Positions 20,651-31,554 of a stretch of 64,000 nt of DNA are shown piece after piece. Source of the DNA: Candidatus Bathyarchaeota archaeon (GTDB taxonomy: Archaea > Thermoproteota > Bathyarchaeia > 40CM-2-53-6); assembly GCA_963706285.1 (NCBI GenBank), contig CAVPLU010000010.1:32001-96000 (forward strand), written 5' to 3'. The translations under genes were made by a program, and so were the position numbers. The notes below the pieces were generated by a model. That model was given only the letters and a program-made list of their open reading frames with translations, did no database searches and was not told the origin of the DNA. Within the stretch, counting starts at the first letter, position 1, and each line of letters opens with the position of its first letter.

Positions 20651-22192
20651 TTACCTAGCCAGTTCCACTAGGTCGCTCCAGACTTTAGCGGGCTTCCAGT
20701 TGTAGACGATTGTCTTCAGTCTCGTCATTTCTTCTATGCTGTATCCTATTCCTTCCCTACCGAGTCCAGAGTCTTTGTTTCCGCCGAAAGGATAGTAGCC
20801 GACGCCGTGGCGGGGAGCCGCGTTTATCGTTATCTCTCCTTCTTCAAGTCTCTTTGCGACTTTTCTCGCGAGGTTAAGGTTGAAAGTGAAGACACACGAA
20901 TCCAAGCCATACTTCGACTTGTTCGTCAGGTCAATCGCTTCATCTACATTCTTCACAGACATTATCGGGATTATGGGACCGAATGTTTCTTCCCACATGA
21001 TGTTCGCGTTTGTAGGAACTGGGTAGAGCACCGTTGGATAGTAGTAGTTACCTTCGAACTTCGCTCCTACAAGCGCCTTGGCGCCTTTGTCGATTGCATC
21101 AGTAACGAGGCCATGTACCCTTTCAACGGCGCCTGCGATTGATGAGTGGTCCAACTTTGACTGTGGGGTCGCGTGGGTCGCCAACCTTGTACGTTCCAGC
21201 CTCTTCCACGATCTTCTCAACAAACGTTTCTACAATATTATGCTCAACGAGGACTCGGCTTACTGCGTCACATCTCTGCCCGCTGTAGCTGAGAGCAGCC
21301 TTTCGCGATCTCTTTCACCGCAAGATCAAGGTCAGCGTCTCCGAGAACTATTGCGCATCCTTTCCCGCCCAATTCCATGTGCAGTTTCTTGATGCCTGCA
21401 ACTCGGGCCAGCCTCTTTCCGACTTCGGTGCTTCCCGTGAAACTGATCATGTCAATCTTCTCGCGGCCGGCTAGATACTCGCCGATTGGTCCCCTTCCTG
21501 TCACGACATTGAGTGTGCCCGCCGGAAGTCCAGCTTTTTCCAGAAGTCGAGCGAACATGAGAAAGGAGAGTGGATCTTGACTTGCTGGTTTCACAACGAC
21601 CGAATTTCCCGCGAGAAGTGCCGGGATCACTTTGGTTGAGGTAATGTAGAGTGGATAATTGAAAGGTGAAATCGCTAAGACGACCCCCAGCGGTTCTCTT
21701 AGTACGTCTGCGGAGGTACCTACGGTCTCGTCTGACCAATCGCCTGGGATGTGTTCTCCTCTGATCTTGCTGTAGTCCTCCGGGGTGAGCTTCAGGCGCT
21801 CGGCCGTGGATCTCACTTCACCCTTTGCATTAGCCAATGTCTTGCCTGCTTCCAGCGACAGAATATGGACAAAGGAGTCTTCGTTGTCGAGCAGCAACTC
21901 GCGCGTGCGCAAGGAAGATCTCGATCTTCTCGACTGCGGGGACGGTCCTGATGGCGTTTCTGTGAGTGTCTGATGACTCGACCGCTTGGTCCGCTTCTCG
22001 TTCTGAAGCGTTCGGGATGGTCGCAACTAGACCATTATCGATTGGACTCCGGACTTCGATACGTTGCTCCAGCGAGGTCCATTTTCCATCAACTAGCATT
22101 TTGAATTCCGGACAACCGGACGCCGCAAGTGAGTAGATTGGGTTGAAGATATCTCCGAGTTTGTTCGCTTTCGCAACTTCCGTCGTATGCAA
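20651..22192 (-). CDS. gapN: non-phosphorylating GAPDH / aldehyde dehydrogenase, GapN type (three frameshifts)
   Basis: ISPFNYP, FTGSTEVG, MELGGK, SYSGQRC, EETFGP and PFGGNKDSG across ORFs. Confidence 0.8.
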
Positions 22193-22317
22193 TTCCTCAT
22201 CGTACGGACGGTGGGTGGTCGATATAGGTGACTCCCTACAGCACATGCTCTCAAGGTTGAGCTCGGATCGGAAGTCAGCGACCTCCGAGAATCTTCCTGC
22301 CTCTCCCTGAGAGGTAT

Positions 22318-23244
22318 CTAGGCCTGGTGGTTGCTTCTCGATGATCCTGTCAGATAGACTCCGATGATGACGAGAGCTCCGCCGAGGAGTAGGAAGTATG
22401 TCATCTTCTCCCCGAGGAATAGGTAGGAGAGAATTGCTGTTGGTATTGGTATGGCGTACATTGCGACGAGGAGTTTAGTGATATCGATCTCTTTTATCGC
22501 GCGGTTCCAGAGCATGTAAGCGATCACGGAGCTCGGTATCGCTAGGTAGACGATGCTAAGCCACGTCATCCATGATGAATTCAGAACGAGGTTTGTGCGG
22601 CCTTCAACGAGCGCGAATGGAATCAAGTACAACGTGCCGAGCAGAAACACGCAAGACGTGGCAACGGCGCTGGAGTAACCATGGAGTATTCTCTTGCCGA
22701 GAATAGAATAGGCTGCCCAGCAGAAGGCAGCGGCAACCATAAGCAACACTCCAACTGGCTCAAACAAGTTCAGCGACACCGTTGAAGCGTTTCCTATCGT
22801 TATCACCGTGACTCCAACAAATGCTAGGAGGACACCAGCTGTCTTCCCTCGAGTGAGAGGTTCTCTGAGAAACAATGCAGAAAGTAGCATGGCGAATATG
22901 GCGTGGAGATTGATTATGATAGAGCCCTCTGTAGCTGAGATGAGTTGCAGCGAGTAGAACTGGAAAACGTAGAGAAGCGTGACGCCTGTCAGAGCGAGAG
23001 CTGAGAACTGCACAAAATCGCTGGTCAGAGCGATTCTCATTGCTTCTCTTGAGGATCGAGCGTATACGGTGGGTATGATCAGAATGGGGGCGGCTACTGC
23101 GAATCTTGCTAAAGCCAGCGTTACTGGTGGAATCTCCTCCAACGCTATCCTGATGAAGATGAACGACGCTGACCAGATGAATACGATCGAGCTAACTAGT
23201 GCGAATGAAACGAGGTTTCTGTTGGCCGACGTGTTTCTTCCCAT
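22318..23244 (-). CDS. EamA/DMT family transporter
   Basis: About 10 TMs in two EamA repeats (LFLREP, LFLGEK). Confidence 0.88.
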   Translation of the reverse strand: MGRNTSANRNLVSFALVSSIVFIWSASFIFIRIALEEIPPVTLALARFAVAAPILIIPTVYARSSREAMRIALTSDFVQFSALALTGVTLLYVFQFYSLQLISATEGSIIINLHAIFAMLLSALFLREPLTRGKTAGVLLAFVGVTVITIGNASTVSLNLFEPVGVLLMVAAAFCWAAYSILGKRILHGYSSAVATSCVFLLGTLYLIPFALVEGRTNLVLNSSWMTWLSIVYLAIPSSVIAYMLWNRAIKEIDITKLLVAMYAIPIPTAILSYLFLGEKMTYFLLLGGALVIIGVYLTGSSRSNHQA

Positions 23245-23356
23245 TCTTTGCTTACTGTGATCGATGCAAGCGACAAGCAGGCCTCATATTCTATGCGGTA
23301 ATGGTCAGATCCTAGCGTATCAGTGAAAGCTTGTGCTCTGCTCGGGAGTCGCTCGG

Positions 23357-25262
23357 TTACTCTTCGAGTGTCGAGACATCTCCGATTGGGAGGCCTAGTT
23401 CTTTCGCTCTGAGAAGTCGCCTCATGATCTTGCCGCTTCTAGTCTTCGGGAGCGAGTCCACTATGTCGATCTCAGCAGGCACCGCAATTGGGCCGACGGC
23501 TGTTCTCACGTGTTTCTTCATCTCGTCAATTATTGTCGGTGACTTGTGGTATCCGACGCGCAGAATGACGAACGCCTTGATGATTTCGCCTTTGAGTGGG
23601 TCTGGTTTGCCAATGACTGCTGCCTCAGCCACTGCGGGAAAACTGACTAGTGCGCTTTCAACTTCGGCGGTGCCAATTCGGTAGCCTGAGGTTTTGATGA
23701 CGTCGTCTGATCGTCCTTTGACCCAGAAGTATCCATCCTCGTCCTTGCTCGCTATGTCGCCTGCCTGGTACCATCCCTTTATGGTGTTCCAGTAGACTTC
23801 GTATCGAGCTGGATCCTTGTTTATCGTCTTCATCATTGCAGGCCATGGAGTCTTGATCGCTAGATATCCGCCCTTGTTTGGTGGAAGCACATTGCCGTCT
23901 TTGTCGATGATTTCGGCGACTATTCCAGGGAACGGTTTTGCGGCTGAGCCAGCCTTGAGAGGTAGGCAAGGCAGCGGCGTAATCAGGATCATTCCTGTCT
24001 CTGTCTGCCACCATGTATCCATGATCGGGCATCTGTCGTCGGCCGATGTTATTGTGGTACCAGAGCCACGCTTCGGGGTTGATTGGTTCTCCAACTGTTC
24101 CGAGGAGTCTAAGGCTACTCAGGTCGTATTTCTTCGGAATCTCGTCACCACATCTCATCAGTGCGCGTATGCCGGTTGGTGTGCTGTAGAGTATCGTTAC
24201 TTTCTTGTTCTGGACGATCGACCACCATCGTCCGGCGTCAGGCTGATCTGGAGCGCCCTCGTAGAAGACTTCTGTGGCGCCGTTGATGAGGGGTCCGTAC
24301 ACGATATAGCTATGGCCGGTCACCCAGCCAGGATCGGCAGTGCACCAGAACACATCGTTGTCTTTCAGATCGAATATCCATTTCGTAGTAATGTAGAGTC
24401 CGACCATGTATCCGCCGTGGGTGTGGACGACTCCTTTGGGACGTCCGGTGGTTCCTGAAGTGTAAAGGAAGTACAACGGATCGTCTGAAGCCATTCGCTC
24501 GGTCTCACACTTCTCCGATGCTTTATCCATCAATTCGTCCCAGTACAGTGCGGGAGCCGGTGACTTCGTGATAGGCGTGTTAACTCTTCTCACATAGACT
24601 ACGTTCTTGAGGGTTGGAACATCAGTCATTTCGCCGACGATACTCGCAAGAGCGAGAATCTTTCCATGATAATGAGAGCCGTCAGCTGTTACGAGGAGTT
24701 TAGCTTCTGAATCTCTGATTCGCTCCTGAAGAGCACCTGCGCTGAATCCAGAATACACGACGGTGTGGATTGCGCCGATCTTAGCGCATGCAAGCATTGT
24801 CACGAATTGCTCGGGAATCCTGGGCAGGTAGATTGCTACTCTGTCTCCCTTTTTGATGCCTAGGTTCTTGAGAGTGTTTGCGAACTTGCATACGAGCGTG
24901 TTGAGTTCTCCGTAAGTGATGGCTCGATTCTCACCCTTCTCGCCTTCCCATAGAATAGCGACCTTGTTCTTTGTCGGCGTGTTCTGGTGTCTATCCAGTG
25001 CGTTTTGGATGATGTTGCATTGTGCGCCAACAAACCATCTGGCCCACGGATACTTCCATTCTAGGACTTTGTCCCACTTCTTGTACCAGTCTAATTGATT
25101 TGCAATGCCTTCCCAGAATTTCTCGACATCATCGATCGACTCCTTGTAGATAGAGTCGTAATTCTTGATCCACGCCTTCTCGACAATTGACTTCGGCGGA
25201 GGAAAGATTTCCTTTGTTCGAGACAGAGTTTCGACAGCGTCAGGGCCGCTCTCCTTACTCAT
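23357..25262 (-). CDS. acs: acetate--CoA ligase (frameshift near 24045)
   Basis: [36 protein letters not shown] and [12 protein letters not shown] motifs. Confidence 0.93.
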
Positions 25263-25400
25263 TGGAACATCTCTTCGGAGTTCGGCTGGGTCCACGGTTA
25301 TGAGATTTTCGGCCTGTAACGATTTGGCAGGAAACTATGATCTAGCTACAATCATGACTGTGACCATAACTCTGCAATTGTGACTCTATGCAGTTGGAAC

Positions 25401-25589
25401 TCACGTTCGAGTCTTTCTTGATTTCAATTCTTTCGTGTCAGGGTTGTACTCCCAAAGCCCATGTTCGACGCACCAATAGTCGCAGACCGCAATGCGCATC
25501 CCGTCAGTTGTTACCTTTGACCTTTCGCGAACAAACGACATGGGAATAGCACAATCTGGGCATTTCACTTCTGGGCGATTAGTCTTCAA
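25401..25589 (-). CDS. small putative zinc-binding protein
   Basis: 62 aa, CPDC...WCVEHG. Confidence 0.5.
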   Translation of the reverse strand: MKTNRPEVKCPDCAIPMSFVRERSKVTTDGMRIAVCDYWCVEHGLWEYNPDTKELKSRKTRT

Positions 25590-25635
25590 TCTTGAAATCC
25601 CGCTTCTTGACCAACGAGCACTTGCCTCTTCACTG

Positions 25636-26742
25636 CTATCTGATTCTTCGTCCGGTTTCTCGTAGGAATGTTATGCCTGGCGTAGAGGCTTCGACTTCTT
25701 TCTGGAAGCGTTTTGATCTTAGGATATCGAAGAACTTACGGGTGTAGGGGTTTCTCAGTCTCTTCTCAACAAGGAAGTCATAGATCTCCTCTGCGAATGG
25801 GATAGAATCCAAGTTCGTTTCAGTGGCGATTGAGGTGAGGCCAACGCCCACATCCGCTCGCCTCGAAGCAACAGCCATGGCGACCTCTCTGTGAGTCATC
25901 ATCTCTGACCCATACCCTCTTATCCGCTTTGTCAGCGCATCAAAATCTATTCTCTTTCTTCTCGCAAGTTCTCGCAGCTTTGTGTCGAGCAAGATTCTGG
26001 TTCCGGATCCGATGTTACGGTTTGCCAATTTTACGTCGCTTCGGAGAAGATCGCTGAGATCGTTGATCTTCTTCGGGTTTCCTTTCTTTACGATGAGGCT
26101 TTGTTGTCTCTTGTAGCCGCGCACTAGGGCGCACGTTTGTGATAGCCAATATTTTGAGAGCAGGGGTTCATTGTATTTTGATTCCGTTTCATCGTAGATG
26201 TGTATCCCTGCTATGTCTGCGTCTCTCAGCATCATTGCGGTCATGCCTCCCCAGGAGCCAACATTGACCATCTGGTAGGTCATTCTCGGGTTTGTCAAGT
26301 GTAGTGAGTGTAGTATCTTCTCGACTACTATGCAGTGACTGCCAACGAAGGATAGGTTTGGACGAACGCGCCCGGTTTCGGGCAGGTATCCTTTCGCGGG
26401 CGTGTCTCCTTCGAGAAAACGGTGCACCTTGGAATCAAGCTCAGTGTAGGCCTGGAGCAGCTGTTTTCCTTGGCTTGTCAGTTCTGCTCGTCCTCCTTTC
26501 TGTCCTCCGCGTTCTCTGGTCACGAGCTTCCGGTTTGTGGCCCGTTCAATTCGAGAGATGGTGTTCCAGAGGAAGGGATAGGATAGGTCGAGCGTACGCG
26601 CGGCGAGCGAGAGGCTTCCTGTTTGATCGATCGATCGTAGCATGCGGACTTCGAGTTCACCAACAATCTTCCGATTCTCGATGCTGAGCCAGACAGCATA
26701 GGTCGGTTCGAGTTTTGGGAATCTCAGTGCATCCTTATTCAT
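25636..26742 (-). CDS. ModE-type winged-HTH regulator fused to PBP-like (MoeA C-terminal type) domain
   Basis: GSLSLAARTLDLSY..RERGGQKGGRAELT (ModE HTH); GSHC, GSWGG and NRNIGSGTR (PBP-like domain). Confidence 0.85.
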   Translation of the reverse strand: MNKDALRFPKLEPTYAVWLSIENRKIVGELEVRMLRSIDQTGSLSLAARTLDLSYPFLWNTISRIERATNRKLVTRERGGQKGGRAELTSQGKQLLQAYTELDSKVHRFLEGDTPAKGYLPETGRVRPNLSFVGSHCIVVEKILHSLHLTNPRMTYQMVNVGSWGGMTAMMLRDADIAGIHIYDETESKYNEPLLSKYWLSQTCALVRGYKRQQSLIVKKGNPKKINDLSDLLRSDVKLANRNIGSGTRILLDTKLRELARRKRIDFDALTKRIRGYGSEMMTHREVAMAVASRRADVGVGLTSIATETNLDSIPFAEEIYDFLVEKRLRNPYTRKFFDILRSKRFQKEVEASTPGITFLRETGRRIR

Positions 26743-26760
26743 GCTGACCGCGAACCGAGC

Positions 26761-27475
26761 CTAGAACTGGAGCTCTCCATTAATGAAAAGCTTCGTTCTT
26801 TCGTCGCTCGGGCTCGCAAAGAAACGTGACGGTTCACCCTCCTCGACCACTCGTCCCTTGTAGAGATGAATTACGTGGTGGGAGAGTCTTCGAGCCTGAG
26901 CCAGGTTGTGTGTGCTGAGCAAGACTGCCCTGTCTTGAGCAGAATTCTTGATCGCCCGCTCGATGATCATCGCATTGGCAGGATCTAGATTCGCGGTAGG
27001 TTCATCGACAAGCAGAAGATTCCTATCCAGCGCGAGCGCTCGTGCCATGGCGACTCGTTGCTGTTCGCCACTTGAGAGTTTCCGCGCCTGTTCTTTTCTC
27101 GAAGCCGTCTAGGTTGACGAGTGCAAGTGCGTCTTTGACTTTTGAGGAAACGTCTTGATTGGGCATCCCGTTGATCCTAAGGCCATAGGCAACATTGCTG
27201 AAGACACTGGAGCCGAACATCACACTCTTCTGGAATACCATTGTGGAATTCTTTCTAAGTTGGTTTGAATCGACCTCGTTGCCTCTCATCAATATTCTGC
27301 CAGAATTCGGCGAGTCTAATCCAGCCAAGATCCTGAGCAGGGTAGTCTTGCCGGATCCGTTCACTCCTACGATCGACGTCACATTTCCTTGACGTGCTGA
27401 GATGCTTACGCTGTCTAATGCGCGGATGCTGTCGTATTGTCTAGTGAGGTCGATGGTTTCCACAAAAGGTGTCAT
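26761..27475 (-). CDS. tupC: tungstate ABC transporter ATPase (frameshift near 27085)
   Basis: GVNGSGKT; LSSGEQQR/DEPTANLD in the second frame; follows tupB. Confidence 0.85.
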
Positions 27476-28164
27476 TTCGATGATTTCCTGGCGAGGTTAA
27501 CCACTATGCTCAGCGACATCACTATGGCCAGCAGAATGAAACTTAGAGCGATGCTCAATGCAATATCTCCACGCGCAGTCTCTAGTGATATTGCTGTCGT
27601 CAGAATGCGTGTCAGGTTTCGTATGTTCCCGCCGAGCATCATTGCCACTCCCAGCTCCGCGAATGCTCTGTTGAAGGCGGCTATGATCGCGAGAGTGATT
27701 CCCCAGAATGCTTCTCTCGCTATGACTTGGTATGTCTGAATGTCTGAGGCGCCGAGCGTTCTCGCGAGGGTTCTCAAGTCGGGATCTACTGATTCCAATG
27801 CGCCAGTGGCAAAGCTGACGATGATTGGCGTCACGAGTGCAGACTGGCCGATGATGATGGCGTTTGGAGTGTACAGGAACTGGAAATACCCTAGAGGTCC
27901 GGCCCTTGAAAGTAGCAGGTATAGATACAATCCCAATGCGACGGTGGGAATTCCTATCAAGGCGTTGAATAGTCCCTTGATGATTCGTTTTCCGTGAAAG
28001 CTTCGAAGAGCTAGCGCTACAGCAGCGGGGATGCTCCATGTACACGCGAGGAGTGTTCCCACTATCGAGACGTACAGTGACAATGCAGCTATGCTGAATA
28101 CTTCAGGATCGCCAGTGATTATTAGATTGATAGCGCGGACTATGCCTTCAATGATTGGATCCAA
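27472..28164 (-). CDS. tupB: tungstate ABC transporter permease
   Basis: RAFAELGVAMMLGGNIRNLTRILTTAISLET motif. Confidence 0.9.
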   Translation of the reverse strand: MDPIIEGIVRAINLIITGDPEVFSIAALSLYVSIVGTLLACTWSIPAAVALALRSFHGKRIIKGLFNALIGIPTVALGLYLYLLLSRAGPLGYFQFLYTPNAIIIGQSALVTPIIVSFATGALESVDPDLRTLARTLGASDIQTYQVIAREAFWGITLAIIAAFNRAFAELGVAMMLGGNIRNLTRILTTAISLETARGDIALSIALSFILLAIVMSLSIVVNLARKSSK

Positions 28165-29261
28165 GACGACGCTTTCCTCTGCTCAGGTCCCGTTAGGATG
28201 CTTATGACCATGACAAGTACGGGGGTCTGTAGCAGGTAGAGGTCGTCTGCTTGATACCTAAACTGCGGGGGACATTCGGATCCTTCAAGGAACGCATAGT
28301 CGCTTATCCACTGGATCATTTGGGCTGGGTCGTTGCCCAACGGGTCATTCTTAGTCTGGAGTAACTTGAGGTAGGGCCCGAATGCCGGCTTTCCATCCGG
28401 GCTAACGGCGTAGTCTGCGAAGAGCTGTTGGCCCTCGTCTGAGACGAAGTACTTGATGAGCTGCATGGAACCTTGAAAATTCGTCTTCGTCATGTTTGCA
28501 TTTCTAGGGTCGTCTGCAATGGCACTGTACACGTTGAGCATGCTCTTCTGACCATTTCCAGCCATTTCCATCAAGTCGATGTTGTGATTCTTGAAGTTAA
28601 GAAGGTATGACGCTGAATCGCTGAGCGTGTAGCCACGTTTCTCGTTGGCAAGCTTCAGTGTGGCGGTCATACCGCTACCAGCTTCAACATACCATTTCTC
28701 TTGTCGTAGCTGCTTAACATCTAACCCAGCTGCCTTCCAGAGGCTCATCTCTTTCGTGTAGGTGCCTGAATTGTCGCCTCTAGATACCCAAACTACTTTT
28801 CCGTCAAGTCCGGCAGCTCTAATTGCCTTCAACGCGTCCGAAGGAGACTTGCCCTTGATTCCAGCCGGATCCTCTGACGGGCCTACTATCAGGAAGAAGT
28901 TGTATGCAACAATTTTCCGGTTCACTCCATATCCCCCGTTCAAGAAGGGATACTCCTGTGAGGGAGCATGTACAAGGAGCATGTCAGCGTCACCACGCAT
29001 CGCTGTCTGTATTGCCAGTCCGGTTCCTTGGGAGATGAAGGAGACGTTCATGTTGGGATACTTTAGTTCAAATTTGGTCTTCAGAGCATCAAGAAAGCCA
29101 GTCTCGTAGAGGCTGGTGGTTGTGGATACTATTAATCGCATTTTCTCGGGCTTGTTCCAGACGGTGTAGCCGTATATTGCGAGGGCGGCTCCGGCAAGTA
29201 TGACCACGATTATTATCGAAGCCTGAATTCTTGTAAGAGCTGATCGAGATACGAATGTCAT
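28140..29261 (-). CDS. tupA: tungstate-binding protein
   Basis: STTTSLYETG, VHAP and SRGDNSGT motifs; N-terminal TM anchor. Confidence 0.9.
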   Translation of the reverse strand: MTFVSRSALTRIQASIIIVVILAGAALAIYGYTVWNKPEKMRLIVSTTTSLYETGFLDALKTKFELKYPNMNVSFISQGTGLAIQTAMRGDADMLLVHAPSQEYPFLNGGYGVNRKIVAYNFFLIVGPSEDPAGIKGKSPSDALKAIRAAGLDGKVVWVSRGDNSGTYTKEMSLWKAAGLDVKQLRQEKWYVEAGSGMTATLKLANEKRGYTLSDSASYLLNFKNHNIDLMEMAGNGQKSMLNVYSAIADDPRNANMTKTNFQGSMQLIKYFVSDEGQQLFADYAVSPDGKPAFGPYLKLLQTKNDPLGNDPAQMIQWISDYAFLEGSECPPQFRYQADDLYLLQTPVLVMVISILTGPEQRKASSWIQSLKA

Positions 29262-29270
29262 GCGCGTGCA

Positions 29271-29300
29271 ATGTATTCGACCAAATATAACGCTTTTCCA
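29271..29300 (-). promoter_or_regulatory. BRE/TATA promoter of tupA overlapping a ModE-box-like site
   Basis: Minus strand GGAAAAGCGTTATATTTGGTCGAATACAT, TATA about 25 bp upstream of the ATG. Confidence 0.5.
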
Positions 29301-29559
29301 AACCCGTGGGCTCAATCCTTTCCGCTGGACTGACAAAGGCGGACATAGTCACTCGTGCGCCGACCAGCAGAGCAGGAGCGTTCAATCTGTCGTGGCAGCG
29401 TGCCTTCTGTCATCCAGAGAAGGCAAGTTGGTCATTGGGATCGTGGCGGCATGACGGGTTTCGGATCGAGCTTGAAGGCATTCCCTGATCGGAGGGACAC
29501 ATTCAGGATTTTCGGCAACGAGGCGGAACCGTCATTTCTTCTGAACCGGGCAATTGCAG

Positions 29560-29613
29560 CTATAGAATTGAAAGTATATAGGTGAGCGATATTACCGTTC
29601 AGTAATATTACTG
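29560..29613 (+). promoter_or_regulatory. modA promoter with ModE-box-like site and 14-bp palindrome
   Basis: CTATAGAATTGAAAGTATATAG; CAGTAATATTACTG at 29600-29613. Confidence 0.5.
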
Positions 29614-29630
29614 GCTGATAATATCGAGGG

Positions 29631-30662
29631 ATGAAGCAATCATTGAGACGGACATTGAAACTGTTCGTAGCGATCCTGATTGTGGTGCTTTCTGTCGGCG
29701 GGTACACGGGCTACCTCTATTACACGGGGCTCCAGTCCCAAACCCAAATCGTGGCAACTGTTACTGCGACGCAGACCACAGCAACTGTGAGTGCGACCCA
29801 GACACACCCTCCTCAGAGCCCAACTGAAGTACGCGTTTTTGTAGCGGCGAGCATGAACACAATCGTGACGGAGAACAAAGAACCATTCCAAACAGGCAAC
29901 AACGCTAGACTCCTGTTCAATGCAGGAAGCTCGGACGCCCTCTACGCACAGATAGTTGCAGGATCGCCGGCTGATGTCTTCATGGCTGCTGACTTCAAGT
30001 GGCTGAATCAACTAAAGGCAGGAGGGTTGCTCTACCAAGACAAGTACTGGAACTTCACGACCAACATTCTTGTTGTTATGCTACCCAGTGACAACCCAAA
30101 GAACATTACATCTCTGCTAGACCTCGTCAAGCCGGGTGTGAGGATCGTAATCGCTGGCTGGACCGTTCCTGCAGGAAAATATACCAACACCACGCTGAAC
30201 AAGATAGACAGCACATGGGGAAATCCGACCAGCTCGAAGTACAAAGGAGCGCAGTGGGAGAACTACAAGACCCGATTCATTCAGAACATAATCTCCTATG
30301 AAACCACAGTTGAGCAAGTGGTAGGGAAAGTTGTACTCGGCAATTGTGACGCCGGAGTTGCGTACGTTTCCGACGCGAAAACCTTAGGCGGATCCAAACT
30401 GAAACAGGTCCAGATACCTTCCGAAGTGAACACACTAGGGATCTACGCGATAGGAGCCATCAAAGCCTCAAGCCATCCAGATCTAGCCATGAAATATGTG
30501 AACTTCTGGCTTTCAAACGAAGGCCAAGCCCTGCTGGCAAGATACGGTTTCGGACAAACTCTATCTATGGTATCTTCACCAATCTGGGCGGCTTGGTCGC
30601 CGAAGGCGCTCACTATCAATTGTCACACATCCCCTCCGAGAATGCCGCAGGATCTGGTATAG
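29631..30662 (+). CDS. modA: molybdate ABC transporter substrate-binding protein
   Basis: VAASM, AGSS, ADVFMAAD, VPAGKY and DAGVAYVSD motifs; TM plus Thr-rich linker. Confidence 0.9.
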   Translation: MKQSLRRTLKLFVAILIVVLSVGGYTGYLYYTGLQSQTQIVATVTATQTTATVSATQTHPPQSPTEVRVFVAASMNTIVTENKEPFQTGNNARLLFNAGSSDALYAQIVAGSPADVFMAADFKWLNQLKAGGLLYQDKYWNFTTNILVVMLPSDNPKNITSLLDLVKPGVRIVIAGWTVPAGKYTNTTLNKIDSTWGNPTSSKYKGAQWENYKTRFIQNIISYETTVEQVVGKVVLGNCDAGVAYVSDAKTLGGSKLKQVQIPSEVNTLGIYAIGAIKASSHPDLAMKYVNFWLSNEGQALLARYGFGQTLSMVSSPIWAAWSPKALTINCHTSPPRMPQDLV

Positions 30663-30672
30663 GCGCAGAATA

Positions 30673-31554
30673 TTGTCCTGTCGTGAGACATGTATCACAT
30701 TGAGAGGGAACGGACGGGTCAGTTTGAATCCAACAAGGCTGTCCAACCGAAGAGTTTTCCCCGACGGAATGGTCGGAAACCTTCTCTTGGGCTCAATCTC
30801 CCTCGTCTTCATCCTATTCATCCTACTCCCCCTAGCGGCGATATTCGTCAACCTCAGCCCTGATGCCGTGTTTAATGAACTGCATAATCCAAGTGTGCTT
30901 GACGCCATGAAAGTGGGTTTGGCAACATCCTCGCTGGCCACGATCATGTCTTTCGCATTTGGAGTCCCAACCGCCTACTTACTAGCAACAAGAGATTTTC
31001 GCGGGAAATCGCTCGTGGATGCTTTGCTGGACCTCCCGATGGTGCTTCCGCCAGCTGTTGCCGGCTTGGCCCTACTGCTGGCTTTTGCGCCAAGAGGCCT
31101 TCTCGGACCCGCGCTACTGCAACTCGGCATAATCTTGCCCGGTAACGTATTCGCCGTCGTATTGGCTCAGCTCTTCGTGGCATCGCCCTTCATTCTGAGG
31201 TCAGCGAAAACAGCGTTCGAGAATGTTCCGAGAAAGCTGGTGGACAACGCCAGAATACTCACTCCTTCAGGAGTCAGAGTCTTCCTAACGGTCACTCTGC
31301 CCCTTTCCATGTACGGAGTCATGACTGGACTAGTGATGACTTGGGCGAGATCAATGGGCGAGTTTGGGGCAACTCTCATGTTCGCAGGAAACCTGCCCGG
31401 AGTTACTCAGACTATGCCGCTGGCGATATACATGCTAATGGCCCAGGATCCCTTTGCGTCGAATCTGCTCTCAGTCATCCTGGTTGTCATCTCATTCTCT
31501 GTCCTTGCGCTCTTCAAAATATTCGATCGAAAAAGGTACGGTGTGAGATTATGA
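30673..31554 (+). CDS. modB: molybdate ABC transporter permease
   Basis: DLPMVLPPAVAG and WARSMGEFGAT motifs; start uncertain. Confidence 0.9.
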   Translation: MSCRETCITLRGNGRVSLNPTRLSNRRVFPDGMVGNLLLGSISLVFILFILLPLAAIFVNLSPDAVFNELHNPSVLDAMKVGLATSSLATIMSFAFGVPTAYLLATRDFRGKSLVDALLDLPMVLPPAVAGLALLLAFAPRGLLGPALLQLGIILPGNVFAVVLAQLFVASPFILRSAKTAFENVPRKLVDNARILTPSGVRVFLTVTLPLSMYGVMTGLVMTWARSMGEFGATLMFAGNLPGVTQTMPLAIYMLMAQDPFASNLLSVILVVISFSVLALFKIFDRKRYGVRL

